Shown here piece by piece: positions 20,263-31,097 of a stretch of DNA of 64,000 nt. The DNA is taken from positions 10,355-74,354 of the forward strand of contig JAPJRC010000004.1 in NCBI GenBank assembly GCA_030824805.1, given 5' to 3'. The stretch's first letter is position 1. Each line of letters opens with the position of its first letter. The notes under the pieces are model-generated. The model searched no databases, had not been told where the DNA came from, and was given only the letters and a program-made list of their open reading frames with translations. The stretch comes from Micavibrio sp. (GTDB taxonomy: Bacteria; Pseudomonadota; Alphaproteobacteria; Micavibrionales; Micavibrionaceae). The position numbers and the translations under genes are program-made.

Positions 20263-20498
20263 GGGAATCTCCAAAAAAGTTACAGGATGGTTACGGAACT
20301 GAAACAATAACTGGCCGGAGGCCATTCGGTTCCGTCAGCCGGCGGCTCTATATGGCAGCTTTCGGGATACCGTGACAAATCCGCCACAACCCTGCCAACA
20401 AGCGGCCCTAAAAACGGCGGAAAACCCCGTTAAACCCCTTTTCTTACAGGGGCGTGATGTCCTATAGTCACCCTGTTTTTACGACAATAGGCAGATTC

Positions 20499-20657
20499 AT
20501 GGGCAACAACCTGACCGAACACGGGCGCAAGCTCGCGGAGATCAAGGCCGCCAAGCGGGCGGAAGCGCTGCGCGCCAATTTGAAACGCCGCAAGGAAAGC
20601 GAAGCCGTGAAGGCCGCCAAAGGGGGAAAAGATGCAAAACCTGAAGACAGCGAATGA
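20499..20657 (+). CDS. small basic protein (DUF4169-like) upstream of dcd
   Basis: [32 protein letters not shown]...; start inferred; overlaps the dcd start. Confidence 0.35.
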   Translation: MGNNLTEHGRKLAEIKAAKRAEALRANLKRRKESEAVKAAKGGKDAKPEDSE

Positions 20658-20673
20658 CGACGAAGTGCGCGCC

Positions 20674-21261
20674 GCCATGGCCGCGAAAATGCTCCCCGGC
20701 ATTCTGGCAGATCACCAGATCCGCGATCTTTCGCTGAACGAAGGCATGATCGACCCGTTCGTCGAAAAACAAAACCATGACGGCGTTATTTCCTATGGCC
20801 TGTCTTCGTACGGTTACGATGCGCGCTGCTCATCCGAATTCAAAATTTTCACGAATGTCGACAATGCGATTGTCGATCCCAAAAATTTCTCCGAGAAAAG
20901 CTTCGTCGACCGCGACGTCGATGTCTGCATCATCCCGCCGAATTCTTTCGTGCTGACGCGCTCCGTCGAATATTTCCGCATTCCGAAAGATGTTCTGGTC
21001 ATCTGCCTCGGAAAATCCACCTACGCGCGTTGCGGGCTGATCGTCAACGTGACGCCGCTGGAGCCGGGCTGGGAAGGGCATGTGACACTGGAGATTTCCA
21101 ACACCACGCCGCTACCGGCGAAAGTGTACGCCAACGAAGGTGTCGCACAGTTCCTGTTCTTCAAGGGCTCGGACAAGTGCGAAGTTTCCTATGCCGATCG
21201 TGCAGGCAAATATATGGGCCAGCGCGGCGTTACGTTGCCAAGAATGAAAGACGCACAATAA
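20674..21261 (+). CDS. dcd: dCTP deaminase
   Basis: dUTPase-like fold signature ([40 protein letters not shown]); start approximate. Confidence 0.85.
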   Translation, partial: AMAAKMLPGILADHQIRDLSLNEGMIDPFVEKQNHDGVISYGLSSYGYDARCSSEFKIFTNVDNAIVDPKNFSEKSFVDRDVDVCIIPPNSFVLTRSVEYFRIPKDVLVICLGKSTYARCGLIVNVTPLEPGWEGHVTLEISNTTPLPAKVYANEGVAQFLFFKGSDKCEVSYADRAGKYMGQRGVTLPRMKDAQ

Positions 21262-22637
21262 TGAACCAAGCCAAGATTACCGAGGAAATCATTTCCAGCA
21301 GCGAAAAACAAACCAACGCCGAAGGACAGGTCATCGAGATCATCCATGGCGAAGTCAAACCATCGAACCTGAACGCACTGCGCGTGCGCGGCGGCAACCG
21401 CCTGAAAGGCGATATCAGAATCTCTGGTGCAAAGAATGCTGCGCTTAAACATATGTGCGCGGCGCTGCTCACCGATCAGGCAATCCAGTTCCAGAACATG
21501 CCGATCGCACTCGGTGATGTTCGCACACTGGCGGAACTTCTCGACTATCTCGGCATGACGGTGGCGCTGCGCAGCGATGGCGTTGCGATGCTGAAAACAC
21601 CAAAGATCAAAACCCATGTCGCGCCGTACGACCTCGTGCGCAAGATGCGTGCAAGCGTTCTCGTGCTAGGCCCGTTGCTCGCCCGTGAAGGCCAGGCGGA
21701 TATTTCCATGCCGGGCGGATGCGCCATCGGCACACGACCTGTCGACCTGCACCTCAAAGGCTTCGAAGCCATGGGCGCGCAGATCGAACTCGACGGCGGA
21801 TACATCAAGGCCCGCGCGCCGAAAGGTTTGAAAGGCGCGCATATTACGTTCCCGTTCGTGTCCGTGGGCGCGACGGAAAACATCATGATGGCGGCAACGC
21901 TGGCGCAGGGTGAGACCATTCTTTCCAACGCCGCGCGTGAGCCGGAAATCGTCGATCAGGGCAACGCGCTGATCGCCATGGGCGCAAAAATCGAAGGCCT
22001 TGGCACATCAGAAATCCGCATTCAGGGCGTAACATCGCTGAACGGCGTCACCCACAGCTGTATTCCCGACCGTATCGAGACCGGCACCTATATGTGCGCG
22101 GTCGGTTTGACCGGCGGTGAAGTGCGTCTGAAAAACACGCGCCTTGATTTGCTCTCCGCGCTTGTGGGGCCGCTCATAGGCGCTGGCATGGAAATCAGAC
22201 AGGACGGCTATGATGTGTTCGTCTACCGCAACGGCAGCAACCTGAAAGGCATCGACATTATGACCGAGCCTTTCCCAGGCTTCCCGACAGACCTGCAAGC
22301 GCAGTTCATGGCGATGATGACGATGTGCAAGGGCGCGGGCATGGTCACAGAAACCATTTTCGAAAACCGTTTCATGCACGTGCCTGAGTTGTGCCGCATG
22401 GGCGCAGATATCACCGTGCAAGGCAATTCCGCCATCGTGCGCGGCGTCGAAAAACTGAAAGGCGCGGAAGTGATGGCAACCGATCTTCGCGCATCCGTCG
22501 CGCTTGTTCTCGCCGGCCTTGCCGCCGAAGGCGAGACGATCGTCAACCGCATCTATCACCTCGAGCGTGGCTATGAAGACATTGTCGGCAAGCTCACGGC
22601 CGTGGGCGCGGATATTGAGAGGGTTTCCGAACGTTAA
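21261..22637 (+). CDS. murA: UDP-N-acetylglucosamine 1-carboxyvinyltransferase
   Basis: MNQAKITEE... start in a TAATG overlap with the dcd stop; MurA blocks (ISGAKNAALK, catalytic Cys in MPGGCAIGTRPVDLH, GATENIMMAATLA). Confidence 0.95.
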   Translation: MNQAKITEEIISSSEKQTNAEGQVIEIIHGEVKPSNLNALRVRGGNRLKGDIRISGAKNAALKHMCAALLTDQAIQFQNMPIALGDVRTLAELLDYLGMTVALRSDGVAMLKTPKIKTHVAPYDLVRKMRASVLVLGPLLAREGQADISMPGGCAIGTRPVDLHLKGFEAMGAQIELDGGYIKARAPKGLKGAHITFPFVSVGATENIMMAATLAQGETILSNAAREPEIVDQGNALIAMGAKIEGLGTSEIRIQGVTSLNGVTHSCIPDRIETGTYMCAVGLTGGEVRLKNTRLDLLSALVGPLIGAGMEIRQDGYDVFVYRNGSNLKGIDIMTEPFPGFPTDLQAQFMAMMTMCKGAGMVTETIFENRFMHVPELCRMGADITVQGNSAIVRGVEKLKGAEVMATDLRASVALVLAGLAAEGETIVNRIYHLERGYEDIVGKLTAVGADIERVSER

Positions 22638-22658
22638 ACATCTTTTCTAGAGTAGAGT

Positions 22659-23429
22659 ATGGCTGGTAATCTTTTCCTGATGCATGAATTCAATGGCGAG
22701 CAAGTAAGCCGCCATTTCGGTGTGGCCCCGCATAACACGCATGACCGTGCGGCCATGCATTACATGTTCCGCGTCATGAAAGAAGAGATACCCGCAAAGG
22801 ACCGCGATGGCCTCAAGGAAGTCGCCAACATCACCATCGAGAAAATAGAATTCCGGTATGATGTGTACCGCGGCTTCTGCGAGGATTTTTTCCTTGGCAG
22901 CCCTTTCGATGAAGAAGCGCTCTCGCTTGCGGTTATCTGCGACGAATACGTCAACCACGTCAACGAAGTCGATTACGCAAAACTCGAAGAGATGGATGGG
23001 GGTACCGACGAAATACCCCATCGCAATGATGGTTTCAGCGACGAAACAGCAAAGATGGCCTGTACGTTCTGGGAAGACGCGTGTTCCTTTGAATCCGGCA
23101 TCACACGCGGTCAGGAAAACCAATATCCGCCCGAAAGCCTTTTTCTCGCGCATGTCAACGCGCTGGAAAGCCTGCGCGAACACGAGCAGCGCCGGGACGA
23201 TTACGAGATCGATGAAATCCGCGAAATCGTGAACGTCGATCTTCCCAACATGCGTGCCTTTGCCCGTCCCGACACGGATATCGGCCAGCATCTTTTGAAA
23301 TTCATCGATTATACGGAGCAGGAACTGTCAGTGTATCTGGCACCGCCCAAGCCCATGCTTCTCCTCCCCGCCCCGCCCGTAAGGCCGCGCCCGGTGCTGA
23401 CGCTGGTGCCAAGAATGGACAATCCTTAA
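22659..23429 (+). CDS. hypothetical acidic protein (possibly DUF2948-like)
   Basis: 256-aa ORF between murA and hisG; Pro-rich C-terminus; no motif recognised. Confidence 0.5.
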   Translation: MAGNLFLMHEFNGEQVSRHFGVAPHNTHDRAAMHYMFRVMKEEIPAKDRDGLKEVANITIEKIEFRYDVYRGFCEDFFLGSPFDEEALSLAVICDEYVNHVNEVDYAKLEEMDGGTDEIPHRNDGFSDETAKMACTFWEDACSFESGITRGQENQYPPESLFLAHVNALESLREHEQRRDDYEIDEIREIVNVDLPNMRAFARPDTDIGQHLLKFIDYTEQELSVYLAPPKPMLLLPAPPVRPRPVLTLVPRMDNP

Positions 23430-23469
23430 AGGAATCTCTATTTTTCCATAATTATATTGCTTTAAGCCT

Positions 23470-24225
23470 GTGGATGGCCTATGGTCCTTACCCATGGCGA
23501 CCAGACAGGAAGACATCATTTCGTTGAACGGATTTAACGTGCAGGCGGTGCTCGATCATTTCGGCATCCAGCATGAAGACAAGGTTTTGTGCGCGGCCGT
23601 TCAGTCTTTCTACAATTATGAAGCTGGCGGCATGCGTTTCGATGCCAAAAGCGTGACAGGCCATAGAACCGCCGCCGTCGAGCAGACCATTCTGGCATTG
23701 GAATATCCTATCGATAATTTGCGCCGTTTCGCGCCGGATTTCTTCCAAAACGCAGAATATGACAGGGACGCTGTAATCGTTGCAGCCATATGCGGCGACA
23801 AGCTGGACCCGGACGGCGAGGATTACCATGAATCATTCTTCCGCAATCTGGCCTCTATCGATGCTACACTGCAGGAACGCGCAACCATCATCGCACTCGA
23901 AGCCTGCAGCTATATAAATTGCGCAGAGCCGGAAACGCCCGCTACATCGGAAGGAGCATTTGTCGCACACAGTGAAACATTGTGCGTGATCAAATCTGTC
24001 CTGCAGGATTACAGCAACGGGCAGGACGATATTGTCGCGCTTTATGCCCTTCAAAGCGAATGCCTTTCCGCCGTGCCTGCTTTTATTCAGGAAAGGCCTG
24101 CTATCAGTCTGGAAATCCTCGAAAACATAAAAGAAGTCTATCAACATATCTGGAACGCACACGCCCCCCAGCCGGAACCGCCGCATAGCCCGCAACCGCC
24201 CCATCTGCATCTTGTAAAATCTTGA
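23470..24225 (+). CDS. hypothetical acidic protein
   Basis: 251-aa ORF, Pro-rich C-terminus ([13 protein letters not shown]); no motif recognised. Confidence 0.5.
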   Translation: MDGLWSLPMATRQEDIISLNGFNVQAVLDHFGIQHEDKVLCAAVQSFYNYEAGGMRFDAKSVTGHRTAAVEQTILALEYPIDNLRRFAPDFFQNAEYDRDAVIVAAICGDKLDPDGEDYHESFFRNLASIDATLQERATIIALEACSYINCAEPETPATSEGAFVAHSETLCVIKSVLQDYSNGQDDIVALYALQSECLSAVPAFIQERPAISLEILENIKEVYQHIWNAHAPQPEPPHSPQPPHLHLVKS

Positions 24226-24260
24226 TTTTACAGACACGACCCCTTACAACCGCTACAGCT

Positions 24261-24920
24261 ATGACATCGCAACAAAAACTTATTCTCGCCCTTCCCAAGG
24301 GCCGCATTCTTGACGAGCTGCAGCCGTTTCTCGACGGCACAGGCATCAAGCCGGAAGATGCGTTCTATGACGACAAATCGCGCCTGTTGCAGTTCAAGAC
24401 CAATATGCCGAACCTTGAGATTATCCGCGTGCGTTCTTTCGATGTCGCAACCTTCACCGCGTTCGGCGCGGCGCATCTCGGCGTTGCCGGATCGGACGTG
24501 TTGGAAGAATTCGATTATCCCGAGCTTTACGCGCCCGTCGACCTCAAGATCGGCGCATGCCGGCTGTCGGTTGCCATGCATGCGGACGAGGCGACAAAGG
24601 ACAATCCGCGCCAGTGGAGCCACATACGTGTCGCGACGAAATATCCAAACCTGACCAAGAAACATTTTGCCGCCCGCGGCGTGCAGACGGAATGCATCAA
24701 GCTGAACGGTGCGATGGAAATCGCTCCCTGTCTGGGTCTTGCGCGCCGCATCGTCGACCTTGTTTCGAGCGGCGGCACATTAAAGGCCAACAACCTGGTC
24801 GAAGTCGAAACCATCATGGAAGTGTCTTCGCGTTTGATCGTCAACCGCACAGCCATGAAAACCATGCCCGATATCATGCAGGAATGGATCGGCAAATTCC
24901 GCGCGTGCGTGAAGGCATGA
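24261..24920 (+). CDS. hisG: ATP phosphoribosyltransferase (short form)
   Basis: [17 protein letters not shown]..., HisG short-form blocks ([15 protein letters not shown]). Confidence 0.9.
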   Translation: MTSQQKLILALPKGRILDELQPFLDGTGIKPEDAFYDDKSRLLQFKTNMPNLEIIRVRSFDVATFTAFGAAHLGVAGSDVLEEFDYPELYAPVDLKIGACRLSVAMHADEATKDNPRQWSHIRVATKYPNLTKKHFAARGVQTECIKLNGAMEIAPCLGLARRIVDLVSSGGTLKANNLVEVETIMEVSSRLIVNRTAMKTMPDIMQEWIGKFRACVKA

Positions 24921-25399
24921 CATCGGCGATCAAATCCATCACGCTGCACTATCCCGATGGTATAAAGCCCGCCGCCATGGCGAACGAACAGGACAGGGCG
25001 ATTGCGGATTTGTGCAGCGGCGGGCATTTCGCTTTTCACAGCGACAACCATCCGCCCTATCACATCGATCTTTCGATCTATAACAAACAACTGGTTTTAA
25101 AGGCGTCCGACGAACACGGCGTTGAACGCCCGCATCTCGTGCTTTCGCTGTCCCCGTACCGTTCCATCATCAAGGATTATTTCATGATGATCGAAAGCTA
25201 TGAGCGCGCCCGCATGGAAGGAAACCAGCAAAAGCTGGAACCGATCGACATGGCGCGCAGAGGGCTCCACAACGAAGCGGCCGACCTGATGATCGACCGC
25301 CTGAAAGACAAGATAGAGATGGACCACGAAACCGCGCGGCGTTTCTTCACCCTGATCTGCGTGTTGCACATGGATCAGGCGCGGTTGTGGCGCGGATAA
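24916..25399 (+). CDS. UPF0262-family protein
   Basis: [15 protein letters not shown]..., ATGA overlap with hisG stop; conserved alphaproteobacterial hisG partner. Confidence 0.7.
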
Positions 25400-25627
25400 T
25401 CAGAATGTCAGAGTGTGGCCCTGCACACCGGCAAAATGCTCTGCTTCCATGTCGGCCTTGATGGCTTCTTCGAATTTAAAGCGTTCTTGAAAGGCATTGA
25501 TCTTTGCAACCTGGGTGCCGTTGTCGTCATGGCCTTTAAAGGTTACGTCCTTGTTCGCGCGCGCGGCGCTAAAGAAAGACGCATCAATGATCGGTTTTGA
25601 TGTCTGCGGTGTGAATGGACCACTCAT
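25400..25627 (-). CDS. small conserved hypothetical protein (DUF1150-like)
   Basis: 75-aa ORF convergent with the UPF0262 gene. Confidence 0.5.
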   Translation of the reverse strand: MSGPFTPQTSKPIIDASFFSAARANKDVTFKGHDDNGTQVAKINAFQERFKFEEAIKADMEAEHFAGVQGHTLTF

Positions 25628-25776
25628 GATATACTCCCCTTGTTAAAATATATTGTCATAATTATCAAACTTTCCCCTTGATTACAAGGATAAAGTGCCG
25701 ATTCTGGTTTGCAATATGTCCTGTGCGGGACTATAACGTCTTCCACAGCAAGGAAACTCAGGGTTTTAAGAGATTT

Positions 25777-25995
25777 ATGGCCAAAGAAGATCTGATCGAA
25801 TTCAAAGGAACGGTAACCGAAGTTCTGCCCAACGCGATGTTCCGCGTGAAGCTGGAAAACGATCACATCGTTCTGGCGCACACAGCCGGCAAGATGCGCA
25901 AAAACCGCATCCGTGTTCTGGAAGGCGACACGGTTGTTGTTGAAATGACGCCATACGACCTGACCAAAGGCCGCATTATTTTCCGTGAAAAATAA
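25777..25995 (+). CDS. infA: translation initiation factor IF-1
   Basis: [70 protein letters not shown], near-identical to bacterial IF-1; the track ORF begins at an upstream TTG, real ATG at 25777. Confidence 0.95.
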   Translation: MAKEDLIEFKGTVTEVLPNAMFRVKLENDHIVLAHTAGKMRKNRIRVLEGDTVVVEMTPYDLTKGRIIFREK

Positions 25996-26563
25996 GCTGA
26001 TCTTAGCCTCCGCCTCACCGCGGCGCCTCGAACTCCTGAGCCAGATCGGGATCACACCCGACAAAGTTATTCCCGCAGACATCGATGAAACTTTGCACAA
26101 GAATGAGCTGCCCCGCTCGTTCGCGCTGCGCCTTGCGCAGGAAAAAGCCGCAAAGATTCACGATGCAAACAAAGATGCCATCGTGCTTGCCGCAGACACG
26201 GTTGTGGCCGCAGGAAGGCGCGTTCTCGACAAACCGGTCGACGCGAAAGACGCGGAACGTATTTTGAAAATCCTCTCGGGCCGCCGCCACAAAGTCTATG
26301 GCGGCATTTGCGTCATCGGCACGGATGGCAAGCCGCGTACGAAACTCGTCGAAACTTCCGTTTCCTTTCGCAGACTTTCCGATGCCGATATCGCGGCCTA
26401 TATTGAAAGCAACGAGTGGGAAGGAAAAGCGGGTGCGTATGCGATTCAGGGCCTCGCTTCCACCTATGTGAAATTCCTTTCGGGTTCATATAGCAACGTG
26501 ATCGGCCTTTCGCTTTATGATACGGTCAATCTGCTGAACGCGGCTGGATTTAAAAAGGACTAA
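25985..26563 (+). CDS. maf: Maf-like nucleoside-triphosphate pyrophosphatase
   Basis: GTG start, [10 protein letters not shown]...LAADTVV, Maf family. Confidence 0.9.
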   Translation: MKNKLILASASPRRLELLSQIGITPDKVIPADIDETLHKNELPRSFALRLAQEKAAKIHDANKDAIVLAADTVVAAGRRVLDKPVDAKDAERILKILSGRRHKVYGGICVIGTDGKPRTKLVETSVSFRRLSDADIAAYIESNEWEGKAGAYAIQGLASTYVKFLSGSYSNVIGLSLYDTVNLLNAAGFKKD

Positions 26564-26566
26564 ACC

Positions 26567-27805
26567 TTGGACATTATGGTCGAAGAACTGGACGGCGGAT
26601 TGTGGGTGGCGGCCACCGAGGCCGGGCGCCTGCAGGGACTTGAAGTCGATCCCGGCGCCGAGGATGTGCGATGGGGCGCCATTTACTGGGCCAAGGTCAT
26701 TCGCATCGACAAGGCTATGGATGCAGCCTTTGTGCAGTTAGATGGCGACAATGAAGGCATATTGCACAACGCCGATGTCCGGCATGTCGATGCCGGCGGC
26801 AATATCGTCAAAGGCGGCGATCAGGCCATCGGCAAGGTTCTGCGCCCCGGACAGATGATCGCGGTGCAGGCCAAGAGCGGTTATCTCCGCCACGAATATG
26901 ATTTCGAATTCATCCGCGAGGAAAAAGTGCCGAAGGTGAGCATGGACATCACCCTGCCCGGCCGCTTTCTGATTTACGCCCCGTTCCTCGACGGCAACAA
27001 GGTTTCATCCCGCATCCGCAATAAAAAACTGCGCGAACAGATGATGGAGATGCTCAAAGGGTTCGAACCGCTCAAGGGTATTATCCTCCGCGCCGCGGCC
27101 GAAGACACGCAGATGGATATCCTGCTGCGCGAGGCGAAGATCCTTGAAGGCATGTGGGAAAAACTGCAACCGACATTCCAGGGCGAGAAGCCCGCCCTGC
27201 TCATGCAGGGTGCGGATTCTTTCCAGCGCACCATAGGCGATCAGGCCGGACATAACATCGAACGCATCGAGATCGTCACGATGGACCGCTTCCGCCAGAT
27301 CGAACAATGGTGCGAAATATTCGGGCCCGACCTCGTGCCGAAAATCACGCCCGTCGAACTGGAAGACCCGCAGGCCGAACTCGCGCTCTTCGACTACCGC
27401 GGCCTGTTAGGAGACATAGAAGATCTGTTTCAGGAATACGCGCTTCTCCGTAGCGGCGGCAGCCTTATCATTCAGGAAACCGCAGCGCTCACCGCCATAG
27501 ATGTAAACCGCGGCGGCGACGACCGCTCGAACATGGACATCAACATCGAGGCTGCGACCGAAATCGCCCGCCAGATACGCCTTCGCAATATCGGCGGTAT
27601 TATCATGATAGATTTCCTGAAATTTTCGAAAAAAGACGACCAGATTTCCTTCCAGAAGGCGCTGGGTCCGATTTTCGACACCGATCCCTGCACGGTGCAA
27701 ATCCATGGCCTCACAGGCTTGGGACTGCTGGAAATCACGCGCAAACGCCGGACGCCGCCCCTCTCCGAACGCCTTGATAATGTTGAGAGTTTGAACGCCC
27801 AATAA
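26567..27805 (+). CDS. rng: ribonuclease E/G family protein (RNase G-like)
   Basis: S1-like N-terminus and RNase E/G catalytic blocks (IDVNRGGDD, GGIIMIDF); infA-maf-rng synteny. Confidence 0.85.
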   Translation: MDIMVEELDGGLWVAATEAGRLQGLEVDPGAEDVRWGAIYWAKVIRIDKAMDAAFVQLDGDNEGILHNADVRHVDAGGNIVKGGDQAIGKVLRPGQMIAVQAKSGYLRHEYDFEFIREEKVPKVSMDITLPGRFLIYAPFLDGNKVSSRIRNKKLREQMMEMLKGFEPLKGIILRAAAEDTQMDILLREAKILEGMWEKLQPTFQGEKPALLMQGADSFQRTIGDQAGHNIERIEIVTMDRFRQIEQWCEIFGPDLVPKITPVELEDPQAELALFDYRGLLGDIEDLFQEYALLRSGGSLIIQETAALTAIDVNRGGDDRSNMDINIEAATEIARQIRLRNIGGIIMIDFLKFSKKDDQISFQKALGPIFDTDPCTVQIHGLTGLGLLEITRKRRTPPLSERLDNVESLNAQ

Positions 27806-27878
27806 CATGCAAAATTGGGGGTGGACAGGCGGTTTTCTTTCTTCTATAAGAAGCCCTTACCGAGACCAACCCTCTGTT

Positions 27879-27954
27879 GCCCAGGTAGCTCAGTCGGTAG
27901 AGCAAGGGATTGAAAATCCCTGTGTCGGCGGTTCGATTCCGTCCCTGGGCACCA
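27879..27954 (+). tRNA. tRNA-Phe (anticodon GAA); prophage integration target
   Basis: GCCCAGGTAGCTCAGTCGGTAGAGCAAGGGATTGAAAATCCCTGTGTCGGCGGTTCGATTCCGTCCCTGGGCACCA: canonical cloverleaf, anticodon loop TTGAAAA, CCA encoded. Confidence 0.95.
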
Positions 27955-28100
27955 CAAAAATCCCGCTATTATTTAAAAACCCAATCAAATATCATTCGAA
28001 AACAATAGCTTAACTTTATCTATTGCATAAAGCCTTATGCGTGTGCTTTAAAAATGTCACACAAAATGATACACAAACTGTACCACCTTGGCATTTTAGC

Positions 28101-29417
28101 ATGAGCGATTACCTGCACAATCGCAACGGGCGCTATTATTACCGTCGACGCGTTCCTTCAGAGGTGGCTTCATACGACAATCGCGAGACGGTATGCATAT
28201 CCCTTAAAACGAATGACGTGCGAGCCGCCAAACGAAAGGCGGATATCTATAATGAACAGATCGAGGAATATTGGCGATCACTGATAGTGACGGGATCCAC
28301 TTATGAGGAGCAAAGCTACAAGCAGGCTGTAGCAATCGCGCGGGCGCATGGCTTTAATTATAAGTATGCAGCCGACATTGCAAAATCGCCAATACAAGAG
28401 ATTGTCGACCGCGTGCTCCTGGTGCAATCAAACCAGAACCCAGAAATGGTCGCAGGCATCCTTGGCGGTGTGGATCAACCCGAGCTCTTGATCAGTGAGT
28501 GCCTAGATAAATATTGGCCGCTTTGCGTGGATAGGCTTACCAAGAAATCCGATCAACAAATACACCGATGGAAGACTTTAAGAACCACTGTCATGAAGAA
28601 CTTTTTGCGCATCGTCGGTGATAAGCCGATCGCCAAAATAGACAGAAAAGATGTGATGATACTTAAGGAATATTGGGCGCAAAAAATTGCCAAGCGCGAG
28701 CGCTCGACCGACACAGCAAACAAACAGATACGGATTGCTAGAGATATCCTGCAGACTGTTGCTGACCATGCAGGCATGGAACTGGATTTTACGAAGCCTT
28801 TTGCGAAGACCAACTTCAAGCGCTCCACAAACTCACGGCCGCCTTTTGATGCAAAATATGTACAGAATGTAATTTTGGCGCCCGGGGCTCTGCCGACTTT
28901 GAATGATGATTGTAAATATCTCATCTATGCAATGGCTGATCTGGGCGCGCGACCATCCGAGCTTGTGGCGCTAACCCCCAAAGACATCTTCCTGGACGCC
29001 GACATACCATTCATTTGGATCCGGCCTTCTATCGATCGCGAATTAAAAACAGAGCATAGTGAACGTCAAATACCTTTAGTAGGCGCTGCGCTCTTTGCCT
29101 TCAAGAAAATGCCCGATGGCTTCCAACGCTATGCCACCGCCGACAGCGCATCCGCGGCAATCAACAAATACCTTACGACACGGGATTTGCTTCCAACGCC
29201 GCAGCATAGCCTGTACAGTCTTCGCCACACATTCAAAGACAGGTTACGGGATGCCGGCGCCCCGGAAGAAGTGATAGACTCATTGATGGGACACGAGACA
29301 AACCGACCGAAATACGGCCGCGGCCACAACTTGGAAACCAAGAAGAAATGGCTAGAAAAGATCGCCTACAATCCACCTGCCGGCGTTGAATCAATGTCGA
29401 CCCAGCAATTCGTTTAG
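28101..29417 (+). CDS. int: tyrosine-type site-specific integrase
   Basis: C-terminal catalytic R...HxxR...Y region (LRHTFKDRLRDAG...LMGHE) and an N-terminal arm-binding domain; start MSDYLHNRNGRYYYRRRVP. Confidence 0.9.
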   Translation: MSDYLHNRNGRYYYRRRVPSEVASYDNRETVCISLKTNDVRAAKRKADIYNEQIEEYWRSLIVTGSTYEEQSYKQAVAIARAHGFNYKYAADIAKSPIQEIVDRVLLVQSNQNPEMVAGILGGVDQPELLISECLDKYWPLCVDRLTKKSDQQIHRWKTLRTTVMKNFLRIVGDKPIAKIDRKDVMILKEYWAQKIAKRERSTDTANKQIRIARDILQTVADHAGMELDFTKPFAKTNFKRSTNSRPPFDAKYVQNVILAPGALPTLNDDCKYLIYAMADLGARPSELVALTPKDIFLDADIPFIWIRPSIDRELKTEHSERQIPLVGAALFAFKKMPDGFQRYATADSASAAINKYLTTRDLLPTPQHSLYSLRHTFKDRLRDAGAPEEVIDSLMGHETNRPKYGRGHNLETKKKWLEKIAYNPPAGVESMSTQQFV

Positions 29418-29431
29418 CAGCCCCATGCCGC

Positions 29432-29986
29432 CTATCTGGCAAGCGCAGCCAGCAGCTCATCGAGGCTGGCGGACGCACGCTTGGCTTGGGGACGGGGGTA
29501 AACATCAAGAGCGGGATTATCGAACGCGCTGGATTTGGATGGAGGGCTGAAACCAGTCTGGCTACCAAGGCCGTAGGGGGCGGTCCCATAATACCCAAGC
29601 AGCCCCTGACTTACAGCTGAAGCTCCTAAAGCGTGATGGGATGCGGTCGGGGAATCATCGAAAAGCAAATCCACAAAATCGCGGGATTTATGTTGCACGT
29701 TGTACCGTGGCTGATATTGCGCAATAAGCATCTGCTCCACCTCATCCAAGTAAAAGGCGAGACCTTGCCTGAATGCCACCCAAAGCGTGTGTCTAGAATC
29801 GTCTGCCACAGCACGGCGTATGGTTTCATGGCAAGGATTAAGTCGGTCGGGCGCGTTCTTAGCCTGTCCGACATAGGTCACACTGTTTTTACTATCAATG
29901 AGAAGATAAACGGCTGGACCGTGCGTCTTTTTGACGGTTTCAAAATCATGGTTCGTGAAAAAAATTCCGCTGATGTATTTTTGCAT
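29432..29986 (-). CDS. GIY-YIG nuclease-domain protein with Gly/Ser/Pro-rich C-terminus
   Basis: GPAVYLLIDSKNSVTYVGQAKN (GIY...YIG), downstream Arg/Glu/Asn (QYQPRYN) consistent with GIY-YIG; start inferred (MQKYISG). Confidence 0.6.
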   Translation of the reverse strand: MQKYISGIFFTNHDFETVKKTHGPAVYLLIDSKNSVTYVGQAKNAPDRLNPCHETIRRAVADDSRHTLWVAFRQGLAFYLDEVEQMLIAQYQPRYNVQHKSRDFVDLLFDDSPTASHHALGASAVSQGLLGYYGTAPYGLGSQTGFSPPSKSSAFDNPALDVYPRPQAKRASASLDELLAALAR

Positions 29987-30041
29987 TTCTGCCCCCTGTA
30001 TTTTTCTGATTATGTAACCTATCATAGAATATGAAAAAAAT

Positions 30042-30692
30042 CTAATAAGAATCGCGCAAAGGCTCGACGTCCTTTACGCCCGTAGAATTCATAGAGGGAT
30101 TCATCGCAGTGATCTCGAACATCGACGCCGGCAGTGTTGGGATTGTCTCAACAGTCGAGCGTCCGGGATCCAGCCAGTCATCCACGTAGTCTGTAATTAT
30201 CGGAACACGGTGATGGTATTGTCGAACAACCCCCTCTGATTCAGTGGTGACGATCGAAAAAGAAACAAGCCACTCATTCTCGATCTGCGTGTGATTGTAA
30301 ATACCTGCCAGGTTGATTAGACTGCCGTCTTTTCGCGAGAATTTGTAAGGCATCTTACGCTTCCGCTCCCCCTCTTCGCGCCACTCGTAGAAAGCTTCGC
30401 AAGGAATTATGCACCGGCGCTTTGCGTAGGGAGTCTTGAAGCTCGACTTTTCAGTGATAGTTTCTGCCCGCGCATTGTGTAAAGTTGGAAGCTTTTCGAG
30501 GTTGCGCACCCACGATGGCACGAGCCCGAAGCGCGCCAAATGCCAGTGCGCGCCGTTTTCGTCGTTGCAAAGGATGGGCGTTATGCCTGTAGGCGGCAGA
30601 TTGGGATCATACTCGAAATTGAAAGCGGGCGAAGAGGCAAAACACTCCAATAGGCGGTTTGCGTTTCTTGGCGATTGAAATCGTGCACACAT
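30042..30692 (-). CDS. SOS-response-associated peptidase (SRAP/YedK family, abasic-site processing)
   Basis: Begins MCARF (catalytic Cys2 of SRAP), blocks PSWVRN...HNARAETI...KRRCIIPCEAFYEW...FSIVTT; start set at MCARF. Confidence 0.85.
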   Translation of the reverse strand: MCARFQSPRNANRLLECFASSPAFNFEYDPNLPPTGITPILCNDENGAHWHLARFGLVPSWVRNLEKLPTLHNARAETITEKSSFKTPYAKRRCIIPCEAFYEWREEGERKRKMPYKFSRKDGSLINLAGIYNHTQIENEWLVSFSIVTTESEGVVRQYHHRVPIITDYVDDWLDPGRSTVETIPTLPASMFEITAMNPSMNSTGVKDVEPLRDSY

Positions 30693-31097
30693 GAACCTCA
30701 ATATGGTGTTTCAATCGATAAAAAGCGAGAGGGATAGCGCCCTTTGGCAGGCGTGCCCTCACTTTTTTGACTGATTAAGGTTTGGCAAACCGGAAAGTTC
30801 CAGACATGCGAAGCTCCTCCTATTGTATGATAAATTACCTCCGTCCCGGACATGCGGGATCTACTGGTTACCAGCGTAGTCAGTAAAGCGAGAGAAGTTC
30901 ATGGTTTAAAGCGTTGGCGCGCTTTAACTAGAATTGGGAAAGCAGATGGTTAATTTCTGATATGCAATTAGTGGAATAAATCTTAAGGATTTGACGATCA
31001 CTTTTCAAGCGGCAGCACTACCATTTTATTGAAAATTAAAAAAATTTCCTATAGGATGATACATTAGACATCCTGAAAGTATAACGGCCAGCCCACC

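Noticed and set aside
21030-22637. 535-aa ORF extending murA upstream through dcd
   Set aside because: The extension is the out-of-frame 3-prime end of dcd; MurA homology begins at MNQAKI (ATG 21261) in a TAATG overlap
24557-25399. 280-aa ORF extending the UPF0262 gene upstream through hisG
   Set aside because: Overlaps hisG out of frame; the conserved UPF0262 N-terminus begins at the ATG in an ATGA overlap at 24916
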